Translations under genes and position numbers: made by a program | Shown here: piece by piece, positions 11,618 to 23,520 of the stretch | How positions within the stretch are numbered: the first letter of the stretch is position 1 | Layout of the letters: each line of letters opens with the position of its first letter | Notes under the pieces: model-generated | Seen by the model: only the letters and a program-made list of their open reading frames with translations | What the model was told of the DNA's origin: nothing | Databases searched by the model: none | Source of the DNA: Negaprion brevirostris | Lineage: Eukaryota | Reading direction: 5' to 3' | Length of the DNA: 64,000 bases | NCBI GenBank assembly: GCA_030324005.1 | Contig: JARDVH010000163.1 | Span: 33,124,887-33,188,886 of the forward strand

Positions 11618-13463
11618 CTTTGCTGTTCCATGAAGTAGCTATATAAAACCGAATTCAAGTTATTATCATGCCCATCTGAGTACAGAAGAGCAAAAGAGTC
11701 TAAAATGTAGATAGGAATATCAGGCAGTCGAATAGTTAAAATCTAAGATTGAACTGAAGTTTTCTAAGGGGTTTATGCCAAAAAGTACATTAAACACACA
11801 GCCTGACACAGAGCAGATTCTGTTTTTATATGTTCCAGAATGTGATGAAGATGTGGAGCAGGCGCAGCCAGCTAAATAGAGGCAACAAACAGTTCTAACC
11901 TTGGTCATTTCATTTTTCAGCACAAACATTATAGCAGCAAGACTTGATTCCCAAATGTATTGTAAAGGTAACTGGTGAAAATATTTATTATATGGTTACA
12001 AATCAGTAATTCACACTGTCACCTTCCATATGATGCATTGCTTTGGATTTTTATACCAGAACCAATTCACTTAAGACTGACGACATTTGCAGCTTCAGCA
12101 CCAGTGACTTCTGATTCCGTTTGAAATTCTACGTCCTTAAACTCTGTTTTCCACAGGACATATATTCAGTGAAATGCAAAAGGCAAATTATATTCAGCAA
12201 AATTGGTGCCATGAGTCTACAATGGAGAGCTGAAAAAAATAATTTAATAAAAAGTCTACACAAAACTCAGAGGAGGTCACCCCAACATTCAGTTCCTTTT
12301 TATATTATTCATTCAGCCTGCACTTCAAGCCTCTGAAGGATTCTATCCTCTTAGTGTACATTTAAAATAGTCCAACTGTGAAAGGTAGTTCTGAGAAGTC
12401 ATTATAAATTACATCTGACTGATTCTGTATCAATTTTACAAGCCTGTGAACAGAGTTGTATTTAGCTTACTAAATAACTGTCTTCATCTGACAAAATGCT
12501 TAGCAACGTAAAAGAGTGCACAAAACTTAATACATTTTTAATGTGTTCTTTTTAAGAAGCAATGAAAAAAGATGACTGGGCACTTTTGTCGAATTTTTTT
12601 TCTGTGCAAACTCATGCAACATTGATATGTTTATCATTTTAGAGATATAAGTGCTTCAAAGGCTCTTGTTCATAAATAACACTTATGGTATCAGCATGCA
12701 GTAAAGCAGAACAAGCTAATTAATTATACCAAAAAGTGATGCTTATTAGCTTAATAGGGGTTGAAATTGTAGTATTGCTAACAAGTTCATTAATATTTTG
12801 TACGAAATTCCTTTGTTATTTTAAGATAAATGCATTAACCCGTTTAAACAAGGGAAAAAGCAACAGAGGATTTTTGGATTTTGGACTCATGTCATGATGT
12901 GGGAAAGCAAAAGGAAGATTGATAATGTAGAAACTTGGATGTCAGTGCAGGCCCAGACAATGTGCATCAAAACATGCTCCATTATATGACTCGAGTGCAC
13001 AGCAGGCAGTTTAGAACATGTCGACAACTGTGAGAACATTGTGCCATAACAATATAGCTTAAAGGAGCTTTGTCATGGCTTGGGAGTGTTTGTGCAGGAT
13101 TGTTTCCTGGCGCAGTCACTTCATGTTGACTGTCAGAGTAAGTCTGTATTGTGGCAGTGGGGATATGTCCAGCAATACATTGTAATCTACTCTGAGGCAT
13201 TTTCATGTTATATTAGTTTTGAAATACCATGCAGAGTAAAAGAAAATGTGTTGTTCTCTTCGCACTTAATAGAATATCACTGCCTTATTAATCATGCCAG
13301 TGTCCCAGTATGTAAGCCAACTGTTCATTTTACCAATATGGTAATACTGTACAATGCTGAGCAAAGCAAGTCACTTTGCTGCAGTTAAATTTTGGAGTGA
13401 AAATGCTTTAGGGGAGATTTTCCATTCCCGTTTTAATGGGGTGGGAATGGTGGTGGGGATGGA

Positions 13464-13715
13464 GAATCATAGAACCCTACAGTGCAGAAACAGGTCCTTT
13501 GGCTCATCGAGTCTGCACCGACCACAATCCCACCCAGGCCCTATCCCCAATCCCTACACATTTACCCGCTAATCCCTCCAACCTACACATCCCAGGACAC
13601 TAAAGGGCAATTGTAGCGTGGCCAATCAACCTAACCCCCACATCTTTGGACTGTGGGAGGAAACTGGAGCACCCGGAGGAAACCCACGCAGACACGAGGA
13701 GAATGTGCAAACTCC
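13464..13715 (-). mobile_element. HE1 V-SINE (head lost in gap)
   Basis: catagaaccctacagtgcagaa..ggagcacccggaggaaacccacgcagacac. Confidence 0.92.
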
Positions 13716-14065
13716 NNNNNNNNNNNNNNNNNNNNNNNNNNNNNNNNNNNNNNNNNNNNNNNNNNNNNNNNNNNNNNNNNNNNNNNNNNNNNNNNNNNNN
13801 NNNNNNNNNNNNNNNATTGAAATGATCAGTGCTATTAAGGCTCAATAGCAATAGTAAGACTAAACCTCATATTGTAAATTTAGACATTTTACCTCATTAA
13901 CCTTCTCCTTTAGTGTCCTCAAAATAATTAAGTGAAATTTCCAACTTCAGTGGCACACTTTTCAATTGCCCATGGGAACAAAATTCAATAGATTATGTAA
14001 CAGGCGAAAAGTTCACTACCACCAACTTCTGTCCTGATCAAAGTTTAATGTTCCAATTATGGATA

Positions 14066-14517
14066 GGGACTGGATTTCTCCCAAAAAGAATTAAGTGCCC
14101 AACGGATAAGAAAACCAGAGTATGTCCTGCCCCTTTTTGAACATACTTACCAGAGCGAACCTCTGACACACTGTGCATTGCAGAGTACCTCAGCGTGATT
14201 CACGCTGGTAAGCAGGGGGTGGGGCTTATTCCTAACTGAGAGGCTGGCAGCATCATGCTGAGCAGGCCATTGCGCATGTGCCGATCTGTCAGTGCTGAGA
14301 TCGGTGTACGCGCAGTGCACCTCCCCTCCTCCTATCATCAGCTTTCCAATTGCTGGCCAAGCCTGCAAGCCCCCTGATCGATGGCCTGCCTAATGCCCCA
14401 CCCCCATCACAAGTACTGGCCAACTAGAGCCCACCACCCACCCTCAGTGACCCTGAAATCCCTCCCCTGACCAGCCCCAATATCCCCTCTCCCCCCGCTC
14501 TAGCCAGCCTTGAAACT
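14066..14517 (+). mobile_element. Left part of a large GC-rich MITE with internal palindromes
   Basis: ggactggatttctcccaaaaagaattaagtgccc terminus; palindrome at 14191-14207 and hairpin at 14268-14317. Confidence 0.6.
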
Positions 14518-15490
14518 NNNNNNNNNNNNNNNNNNNNNNNNNNNNNNNNNNNNNNNNNNNNNNNNNNNNNNNNNNNNNNNNNNNNNNNNNNNNNNNNNNN
14601 NNNNNNNNNNNNNNNNNNNNNNNNNNNNNNNNNNNNNNNNNNNNNNNNNNNNNNNNNNNNNNNNNNNNNNNNNNNNNNNNNNNNNNNNNNNNNNNNNNNN
14701 NNNNNNNNNNNNNNNNNNNNNNNNNNNNNNNNNNNNNNNNNNNNNNNNNNNNNNNNNNNNNNNNNNNNNNNNNNNNNNNNNNNNNNNNNNNNNNNNNNNN
14801 NNNNNNNNNNNNNNNNNNNNNNNNNNNNNNNNNNNNNNNNNNNNNNNNNNNNNNNNNNNNNNNNNNNNNNNNNNNNNNNNNNNNNNNNNNNNNNNNNNNN
14901 NNNNNNNNNNNNNNNNNNNNNNNNNNNNNNNNNNNNNNNNNNNNNNNNNNNNNNNNNNNNNNNNNNNNNNNNNNNNNNNNNNNNNNNNNNNNNNNNNNNN
15001 NNNNNNNNNNNNNNNNNNNNNNNNNNNNNNNNNNNNNNNNNNNNNNNNNNNNNNNNNNNNNNNNNNNNNNNNNNNNNNNNNNNNNNNNNNNNNNNNNNNN
15101 NNNNNNNNNNNNNNNNNNNNNNNNNNNNNNNNNNNNNNNNNNNNNNNNNNNNNNNNNNNNNNNNNNNNNNNNNNNNNNNNNNNNNNNNNNNNNNNNNNNN
15201 NNNNNNNNNNNNNNNNNNNNNNNNNNNNNNNNNNNNNNNNNNNNNNNNNNNNNNNNNNNNNNNNNNNNNNNNNNNNNNNNNNNNNNNNNNNNNNNNNNNN
15301 NNNNNNNNNNNNNNNNNNNNNNNNNNNNNNNNNNNNNNNNNNNNNNNNNNNNNNNNNNNNNNNNNNNNNNNNNNNNNNNNNNNNNNNNNNNNNNNNNNNN
15401 NNNNNNNNNNNNNNNNNNNNNNNNNNNNNNNNNNNNNNNNNNNNNNNNNNNNNNNNNNNNNNNNNNNNNNNNNNNNNNNNNNNNNNNNNN
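14518..15490. other. Assembly gap (largest of many N runs)
   Basis: Continuous N; other large gaps at 30041-30407, 39972-40536, 43552-43973 and 52281-52861. Confidence 0.99.
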
Positions 15491-15779
15491 TCTCCCCTCA
15501 TTCTCCCTTTCATTTCAGGGCCCAGGCAAAGTGACCTGCCAGGTTGTACCCGCCCCTGAACCCTTGCTACCAACCTCAAAATTGAGGCTGAGTGGAAGAG
15601 TGACCTTGCTCATCCCACATAAAGTTGTGGAAAGGTTAGGGTAAGAGAGCAACAGCAAGGTGACCTATGGAATTTTGTAGTTACCTGCAAACCTGCCAGC
15701 AGAGAACTGTAAAATTCTGCCCTGTGGCTGTGCCTTTAGCTTAATATTTGATCTGAAGAATATTGATAATTGCATGTTT

Positions 15780-16027
15780 ATAGAAATCATAGAAACCCTA
15801 CAGTGCAAAAGGAAGCCTTTCAGGCCAAAAAGTCCATCCTGACAACTGCCCCACTTAAGCCTTATCCACGAAATCTCACATATTTACCCCACTAATCCCT
15901 CCAACCAACGCATCCCGGGACATTAAGGGGCAATTTAGCATGGCCCGTGCACCTAAACTGGACATCTTTGGACTATGGGAGGAAACCCACGCAGACACAG
16001 GGAGGACATATAAATTCCATACAGACA
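15780..16027 (-). mobile_element. HE1 V-SINE, 5'-truncated
   Basis: atagaaatcatagaaaccctacagtgca tail and ggcaatttagcatggcc V domain. Confidence 0.9.
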
Positions 16028-16489
16028 TGTTACATAAATGACTCCTAATTCTGCCTCTGTACATCTCCTGTGTTGCTGCCTAAGGTGTGGAAAATGGAGT
16101 AGAATCCAGCTCGACCCAAATTTCATCCAGAGCACAGGAACCCAGACAATGCTGTTACTGCAGGCAGACGTAAGGGTGGATTTACAACTTTTGAGACACC
16201 AGTCAATGGAAGAGGAAGAAGAATACTGATAAACATCACTCGTGTCAGCCTTTACATTTAAAATAAATGTTTAAATCAACAGTCATATTTGTCAATTAAT
16301 TTTCTAACTCGTCTTACTAATAACTGTGTAAAAAAAAATCCACCATCATTTGATTGCAATTTTTGAAGCTATAATTAATATTTCTTTCCTTATTTTAGTT
16401 TTAATATTTTCAAACCAAATTGACATTCTTTTGGGATTTCTACTTTCCCCTTAAGTTCTGATGATCTCTTCATTCATTGTCAAAACAAA

Positions 16490-17200
16490 CATTTCCAATG
16501 ATCAATTATTTCTCCATCCAATTACTGGATCATTGTGGAGGCTCCCTAGAGGTCATCCTGGAATCTTTGAATAAAGCGACTTTCTTTGAAAGAATGCAAG
16601 GGTAATGAAGCAGGCCTCTGTCTGCCAAGGCTGCTTCAGGCTGATAGACATCAGTTCCCAGCACTCTTTGTAGCGGGTCTTTCTGGAAATAATGGGAAGA
16701 GGCTCAAAGTGGAAATAGATTTCCAGGATCAAATAAGGGTCAGGGGATAAGAGTTTAATGGTGAAAGCAAACACCAAAAAAAAGTAAGTAATCAATGTGT
16801 CTAAAAAGTGGCAATCTCAGGTGAACAGCAATTAGTCTTATTATGCTGCCGTCTCTGAGGATAGGACCCCGATGCTCTTGCTGCACATAATGGCACCTTC
16901 AGGATGTTTGGCTAGACTAACGTGTGGTCCTATCATAAATGGAGCTGTCATTTTTGAGGAAACCTGATACAAGGAAAGAGCAAGAAGGTGCTGTAATATG
17001 GGGAGGCTAGAAGTGCCGTGCTTTGGAATTGTAATATTTAATAATGAACTGTTGTGGTATTGACAATTGCTGTTTTTGTGCATCAGATATGAATCGAGCA
17101 ACAGATACAGAGCCTTAGCATTGAAAAAAACACTGGTGGGATGTCCAATAATTAAGAGAGTACACATAAAAGTGGTGGCAGTCCATATCCATTTACTTTT
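16490..17200. promoter_or_regulatory. Candidate conserved non-coding element
   Basis: Repeat-free; two TCF/LEF-like ctttgaa sites, gataag and caattag motifs; no convincing ORF; inference only. Confidence 0.35.
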
Positions 17201-17219
17201 GATAAAATTAAAACATTCA

Positions 17220-17345
17220 GGGCGGAAGTTTCCAGCCACACACGTCCCAAGAGCGGAAAATACCACCCGAGGTCAACAGACCTTTGCTTGGAACTGTCCC
17301 ACCCGCTATGATTCCTGTGGTGGGTGGGACAAGAAAATTCTGCCC
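17220..17345. mobile_element. 126-bp MITE, TSD TCA
   Basis: tca|gggcggaagtttcc ... agaaaattctgccc|tca. Confidence 0.8.
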
Positions 17346-17589
17346 TCAGAATGCATACAGAAAGCTTGGGTACAAAATATTGATAGGTTTGGCAGTTTGT
17401 GTGGACACTTTTTACTGTGAGCAAATCCACGTCCATCGAAATAGGCTTTGGGGGATACAATAGATGCACCATTTTCATTTGACTGCATACCACTTCTCCC
17501 AGTTGCTTTACCAGGAAATGAATATATAATTCCACAAGGATTGGTTCCCCTGACTGAACATCCAGCTGCTACTTTGCTAATTAAAATGG

Positions 17590-17930
17590 AATTTTAAGAT
17601 TTTGACAGAGTAGATACAGGGAGGAAAGTTCCTCTTGTGAGGACGAGTATAATTAGAGGTCATCTATATAAGATAGTCACCAAGAAATTCTATAGGAAAT
17701 TCAGAAGAAACCTCTTTATCCAAAGAGTGGTGAGAACATGCAACTCACTACCACAGGGAGTGGTTGAAGTGAACAATATAAATGCATTTAAGGGGAAATT
17801 AGAGAAGCATTTGAAGGAGATGGTTTCCATGGTAGATTTAAATGAGAAAAGATGTGAAGAGGTTCGTAAACACCAGCATAGACTGGGTGGGCCAAATGAT
17901 CTGTTTCTGAGTCATATAACCTCTGTAACT
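17590..17930 (+). mobile_element. CR1 LINE 3' end
   Basis: ORF 17637-17975 RGHLYKI..RRNLFIQRVVRTCNSLPQGVVEVNNINAFKGKL is a CR1 ORF2 C-terminus. Confidence 0.88.
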
Positions 17931-18218
17931 GAAATAAATGAGTGCTTTTTTTGTTATGACAGAAAAGATGATTAAACACATCAAATGGTGATGCATACTC
18001 ACAGAAAAAAAATTCCACCTAATCTCAGTNNNNNNNNNNNNNNNNNNNNNNNNNNNNNNNNNNNNNNNNNNNNNNNNNNNNNNNNNNNNNNNNNNNNNNN
18101 NNNNNNNNNNNNNNNNNNNNNNNNNNNNNNNNNNNNNNNNNNNNNNNNNNNNNNNNNNNNNNNNNNNNNNNNNNNNNNNNNNNNNNNNNNNNNNNNNNNN
18201 NNNNNNNNNNNNNNNNNN

Positions 18219-18310
18219 CAAGAACAGGCCCCACAGCCCTCTAAGCCTGCGCCAACCATGCTGCCTGACTGAAGTAAAACTCCTACCCTTCCTAACTTTC
18301 TGGAACTATA
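18219..18310 (-). mobile_element. CR1-like 3' tail fragment
   Basis: gaacaggccccacagccctctaagcctgcgccaacc, reverse of the tail type at 1-72. Confidence 0.55.
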
Positions 18311-18372
18311 AGGACACCAAAGATACCACAAGCTGGAAGAGTTCACCATTCTGAAATTACAGCACTAACTTT

Positions 18373-18679
18373 AAAGTTTGAAGTTTATTTATTAGTGTCA
18401 CAAGTAAGCTTACATTAACATTGCAGCAAAGTTCCTGTAAAAACCCCCTAGTCGCCACAATCTGGCGCCTGTTCGGGTACACTGAGCGAGAATTTAGCAT
18501 GGCCAATGCACCTAACCAGCACATTTTTCAACCTATGGGAAGAAACTGGAGCACCCGCAGGAAACCCCTGCAGACCCGGGGAGAATATGCAAACTATGCA
18601 TAGACAGTGAGCCAAACCAGGAATTGAACCTGGACCCCTAATGCTGTGAGGTACGACTATATCACTGTGCCACCAGCAC
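18373..18679 (-). mobile_element. V-SINE variant with non-HER1 tail (type 2)
   Basis: HE1 head and V core, but the tail reads aagtttatttattagtgtcacaagta.. on the plus strand. Confidence 0.9.
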
Positions 18680-18699
18680 AATTACAATATACCTGTACA

Positions 18700-19120
18700 A
18701 TTGGATACAGTTAGTAATATTGCTGCTTCGAATCAAAAAGCCATATGTTCAAGATCCCAACTGATTGGAGCATTGTGAGTGCAGTATTTACAGAGAGTTT
18801 GTTGGTGTGATCTTTTGGATGAGATATTAAAATTAAGCCCTTTGTGCCTGCCCGGTAGACACAAATTAATCTATTGCAACAATTGCTGAAGAGCAGAGGG
18901 TTCTCCTAGTTTACTGATTAGCATTGCTTCCTTAATCAAACTACCTGCAGCAAATTATCTGGTTGTTCAAATATTTGTGGGACCTTACTGAATGCAGATT
19001 CACTGCTGCGATTGTCTGCATAACAATAGAAACTGCACTTCAACAGGATTTCATTGGTTTGAAAACCATTTAGGAGGTTCTAAGATTTTACAGCCTGTCA
19101 CCACTACATTCTTTCTTTTA
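18700..19120 (+). mobile_element. Old Deu-domain SINE (SacSINE1/AmnSINE1-like)
   Basis: cttttggatgagatattaaa..gaagagcagagggttctcc..attatctggtt..tttgtgggaccttactg..cacttcaa..tcattggtttgaaaaccattt follows the Deu-domain consensus order. Confidence 0.75.
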
Positions 19121-19456
19121 ATTGTATTAACATTTATAGTTTTTTCTAAGCTGTATATTGATGTCATTTGCTAAAACTGAGGAACTTCATCCCAATTTTA
19201 ATTCAGTGGGCATAACGTGCACAAAGGATACTTCAAGTGGCATGCCCTTCAATTGGATAAATACAGCAGAATTAAAGCCTTCCACCTTGGTGAGTTTGGT
19301 GATCGGGGGGGAGGAGGGAGGGAGGGAGGGTGGTGAATGGGCGCCCCAGCGTTACATAAATTAAGCCCATGGCAGGAAGGCCTAAGGACGATTGTTACCA
19401 TTGTAATGTCAATTGAGGCTCTTTGGTAGATAATTAATACCCAACTAATGTAGGAC

Positions 19457-19768
19457 CATAGAATCCCTACAGCGCAGAAGGAGGCCATTTGACTCATTGA
19501 GCTTTAGCAACACAATCCCAACCAAGTCCTATCCCCATAACCCACATATTTATTCTGTGAATGCCCCTGACACAAAGGGGAAATTTAGCCTGGCCAATTA
19601 ATCTCATCCGCATACCTTTGGACTGTGGAGGAAACTGGAACACTCAGAGGAAATCCATGCAGACATAGGGAGACACACAATCTCCACACAGATACTCACC
19701 CGAGGCCAGAACCCACGTCCCTGGTGCTGTGAGGCAGCAGTGCTAATCACTGTGCCACCATGCTGCCC
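19457..19768 (-). mobile_element. HE1 V-SINE, near full length
   Basis: HER1-type tail, V core and tRNA head ending tgtgccaccatgctgccc. Confidence 0.92.
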
Positions 19769-19825
19769 AACGTTTGGGGGCTTATACCAAAATTGAGAGA
19801 ACTGTTCCACAGATTGGTCAAGCAA

Positions 19826-22440
19826 TAGTCTGGCATAATCACGGTCATAGAATCACACCACACAGATAACATCCCAGACTCAACCATCAGCATTCGTAGG
19901 TGTGTCCTGTCTTATTGGCAGTGGTGGTGGCACAATGGCACACAATTGTGAGGAACTTGCCCTAGGACTCCACAACATCAGCTCTGGACACTACAAAATT
20001 TCGTGGCACCAGGTCAAACTTGGGCAAGGTAACGTTCTGCTGACTACAAATACCATCTCCCCTCAGCTGATGAATCAGTAATTCTTTATGTTGAACACCA
20101 CTTGGAGGAAGCACTGACGTTGATAAGGGTGCAGAATGTACTCTAGGTGGGGGTTTCATGTCCATCATCAAAAGTAGACATGACCATGCTGGTTGGGTCC
20201 TCAAGGATATAGCTGCTAGACTGAGACTGCAGCAGGTGGTGAGGGAAACAACAAGAGGGAGAAAACATGTTTGACCTCTTCTTCACTAACCTGCCTGCTG
20301 CAGCTGCACCTGTCCTAGACCATACTGGTAGGAGCCACCACTGCACAGTGCTTGGAGAGACAAAGCCCTGTCTTCACATTGAGGATATGCTTTTTCGTCT
20401 TGTGTGGCACTACCACCATGCTAAATGGGTTAAGACTTCAAACAGACCTACAATCTCATGACTGGGCATCCATGAAGCAGTGTGGATCATCAGCAGCAAA
20501 AGAATTGTTCTCAGCCACAACTGGTAACCTCATAGCCCAGCATATCGCCCACTCTACCATTACCACTAAGCCAGGGGATCAACCCTGATTCAATGAAGAG
20601 TGCAGGAGGGCATGCCAGGAGCAATATTAGACATACCTGAATATGAGGTGTTAATTTAGTGAAGCTCCAACAAAGGATTACTTGCAGGCCAAACAGCATT
20701 AGCAGCAAGTAATAGACAGGGCTAAGCAATTCCATGACAAATGGATTAGGGATAAGCTCTGCAGTCCTGCCACATCCAGTCTTGAATAGTGGTGGACAAT
20801 AACTATCCTCAGTGATGGAGGATCCCAGTACATCAGTACAAAAAATAAGGCTGAAACATTCAGAACAATCTTCAGCCAGAGGCCCCAGCATCACAGATGT
20901 CAGTCTTCAGCCTATTTGATTCACACTGTATGACATCAAGAAAGAAATGAAGGCATTGGATATTGCACCGGCAATGCCCCTGTCTATATTCTGGCAATAG
21001 TTCTTGTGTTCCAGAAAATGCAGCGCCCTCAGCCAAGCTGTTCCAATACAACGACAACACTAGCATCTACCTGCCAATGTGGAAAATTACCCAGGTATAT
21101 CCTATTCATGAAAAACAGGACAAGTCCAACCTGGCCAGTTACCACCCCATCAGTTTACTCTCAATCATCAGTAAAGTGATGGAAGGGATATTCAACAGTA
21201 CTATCAAGTGACCTTTAGTCACCAATAACCTACTCACTGACACTGTTTGGGTTCTCCCAGGGTCAGTCATTACAACCTTGGTTCATATATGGACAAAACA
21301 GGTCAACTCCAGAAGTGAGGTGAGAATGACTGACCTTGACATCAAGGCTACATTCAACTAAGTCTGGCATCAAGGAGACCTAGAAAAACTGGAGTCAATG
21401 GGAATCAATGGGAAAATCCCTCCACTGGTTGGAGTCATACCTGGCTCAAAGAAACATGTTGTGGTGGCTGGAGGCCAATCATCTGAACTGTAGGACATCA
21501 TTGCAGAAGTTCCTCGGTGCCCTCGGCTCAACTATCTTCAGCTGCTTCATCAGTGACTCTCCTTCCATCATAAGATCGGAAGTGGGGACGTTCACTGATG
21601 ACTACACAATGTTCAGTACCATTCACGACTCCTCAGATATTGAAGCAGACCATGTTCCAATGCAACAAGATCTGGAGAATATCCATACTTGAGCTTATAC
21701 ACATGACTAACTCCATGATATGGGGAGCTAATCATTGCCTCTTGACATTCAATGGCAGTACCATTACAGAATCTCTCACTATCAACATTGTGAAGGTTAC
21801 CATTGACTAGAAATTCAGCTGGACTTGCCATATAAATACTGCAGCTACAAGAGAAGGTCAGAGAGTAGGAATCTCGCAGCGAATAATTCACCTTCTGATT
21901 CTCCAAGTTGCATCCAACATCCGAAAGGCACAAGTCAGGAGTGTAATGGAATACTCTCCACTTGCCTGGATGAGTACAGCTCCAACAACGCTAAAGAAAC
22001 TTGACACCATCCAAGACAAAACAACCCACTTGATTGGTCTCCCTCACACAAACATTCAGTGCCTCTGCCACTACTATCAATGGCAGCCATGAGTACCATC
22101 CATAAGATGCACAACAGGAACTCATCATTCTTCTTCCGCCAGCATCTTCCAAATCCACGACCATTGCCACCCAGAAAGACAAGGGCAGATGATACCTGCA
22201 CCACCTGGCTGTTTCCCTCCAAATTATTCAGCATCTTGACTTAGAAATATATCACCGTTACTTCACTACTGACGGGTCAAAATTTTGGAACTCTCTCTAA
22301 CAGCACTGAGGAGTACCTACACCTAAGGGACTGCAGATGTTCAAGAAGGCAGCTCACCGCCGCCTTCTCAAGTGCCATTAGGGATAGACAATAAATGCTG
22401 GCTTTGCCAGTGATGCTCACATCCTGTAAATTAATTTTTA
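19826..22440 (+). mobile_element. Decayed CR1/L2-group LINE, most of ORF2 (endonuclease + RT) and 3' UTR
   Basis: RGEN.FDLFFTNLP and SHH endonuclease motifs; RT motifs YHPISLLSIISKVMEGI, LHWLESYL, FTDD; 3' tail gcagctcaccgccgccttctcaag..aataaatgctggc; many stops and deletions. Confidence 0.9.
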
Positions 22441-22444
22441 ATAG

Positions 22445-22820
22445 AACTCTTCCTGCCACCATTAGGAGTCACCTAGCAGCGGACACTGAGAGCCATACCC
22501 CTGCCCTTGCAATCGACCACCCCTACAAATCTCTTCCTGCCCTCATTCCTCTGTGCCTAGGTCCATCAGCAATTCTGGTTGGTGTAGTCCCGGCAGCGGG
22601 CACTGCCCCCTGCCCCCAAGCAGAAAAGAGTAGACGACCTTGAATTGGCTGGCAGCTCTTGGCATGCAGAACCTCCAATCCTAGGTCTTGTCCAGGGAGG
22701 GATAAACAATGCCCAATTAAGTGCCTGATAAGCACTTACTTCAATGGGTTTTTGTAAGGAGTGGGGCAGGTTTCCACTGTCTGGTGAGTGTAAGATTCCT
22801 GTCACCTCCATTAATTACCG
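22445..22820. mobile_element. GC-rich MITE-like fragment
   Basis: ggctggcagctct, cccaattaagtg and aattaccgcc end resemble the elements at 31440 and 44050. Confidence 0.4.
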
Positions 22821-23149
22821 CCTATTATTTTCAATTAGAAGACTCAAATAATTTATAACGTAATTGTCCTCTTTACAAGGACTGAGAACCAATTCTGGAA
22901 CAATGTTTAATTATGTAAATTGATATCCCCTTTGTCTCCCACATTCAACAGAACAAGTTTTTTAGATTCCTCATGCTTCTGTTGGTTCGAGCTGAAGTAT
23001 AGATATAAGCATATATAGATAAACTGGTCACATTTCTGTGTGTAAATCTGCCAAACAACAAGGTAATTGGAAGTATCTAAAAATCAGCACCTACAATCAA
23101 ATGATGAAAATGTTTGAGGTAAACTTTACTAGTCAACAGAGAAAAAACA

Positions 23150-23520
23150 GACTGTAGTAATTGCCCTCCCTCTCCCCCGACATAAGGCGACCTCCAAATT
23201 TGCACACTTTCATTAACTTGCAATAAAATTTCATTGCGCTCGCTGAAAAGCAGGTGCGTTTATTTTATAGATAAATAGTTTGTGAAAAAGATGACTTCAG
23301 AAGAAATTCTAATGAAAGTAAGAAAATTTATTTGAAAGGACGAGAAGCTGTCTAATGGCTGAGCGAAGTGATTGCAATGCCATTTATAACCTTTTAACTG
23401 GAGTCATCCACTAAGTACACTCACGTGGAATGTTGCCTTTGTCTCAAGCCATGTCTGTGCTGGAATGTTAACAAAGTCAGAAGAAGCCCCTTACATAAAA
23501 GAGCTAGTGTAGGAGAATAA
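23150..23520. promoter_or_regulatory. Candidate conserved non-coding element
   Basis: Repeat-free; retained CpGs (attgcgctcgctg, ggtgcgttt, gagcgaag); posterior-Hox/Cdx-like caataaaa and ttttat motifs; inference only. Confidence 0.35.

Noticed and set aside
14500-15579. Longest ORFs in the track (also 29913, 39797-40704, 43487-44097, 52276, 62183)
   Set aside because: They are open only because they run through N gaps; no real coding content
18465-18480. cctgttcggg in V-SINE type 2, resembling tRNA-Lys 3' end or primer-binding sequence
   Set aside because: Only about 10 nt of identity and no adjacent LTR; compatible with chance
19826-22440. Possible domesticated or active reverse transcriptase
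   Set aside because: Many stops, frameshifts and internal deletions; a dead LINE copy
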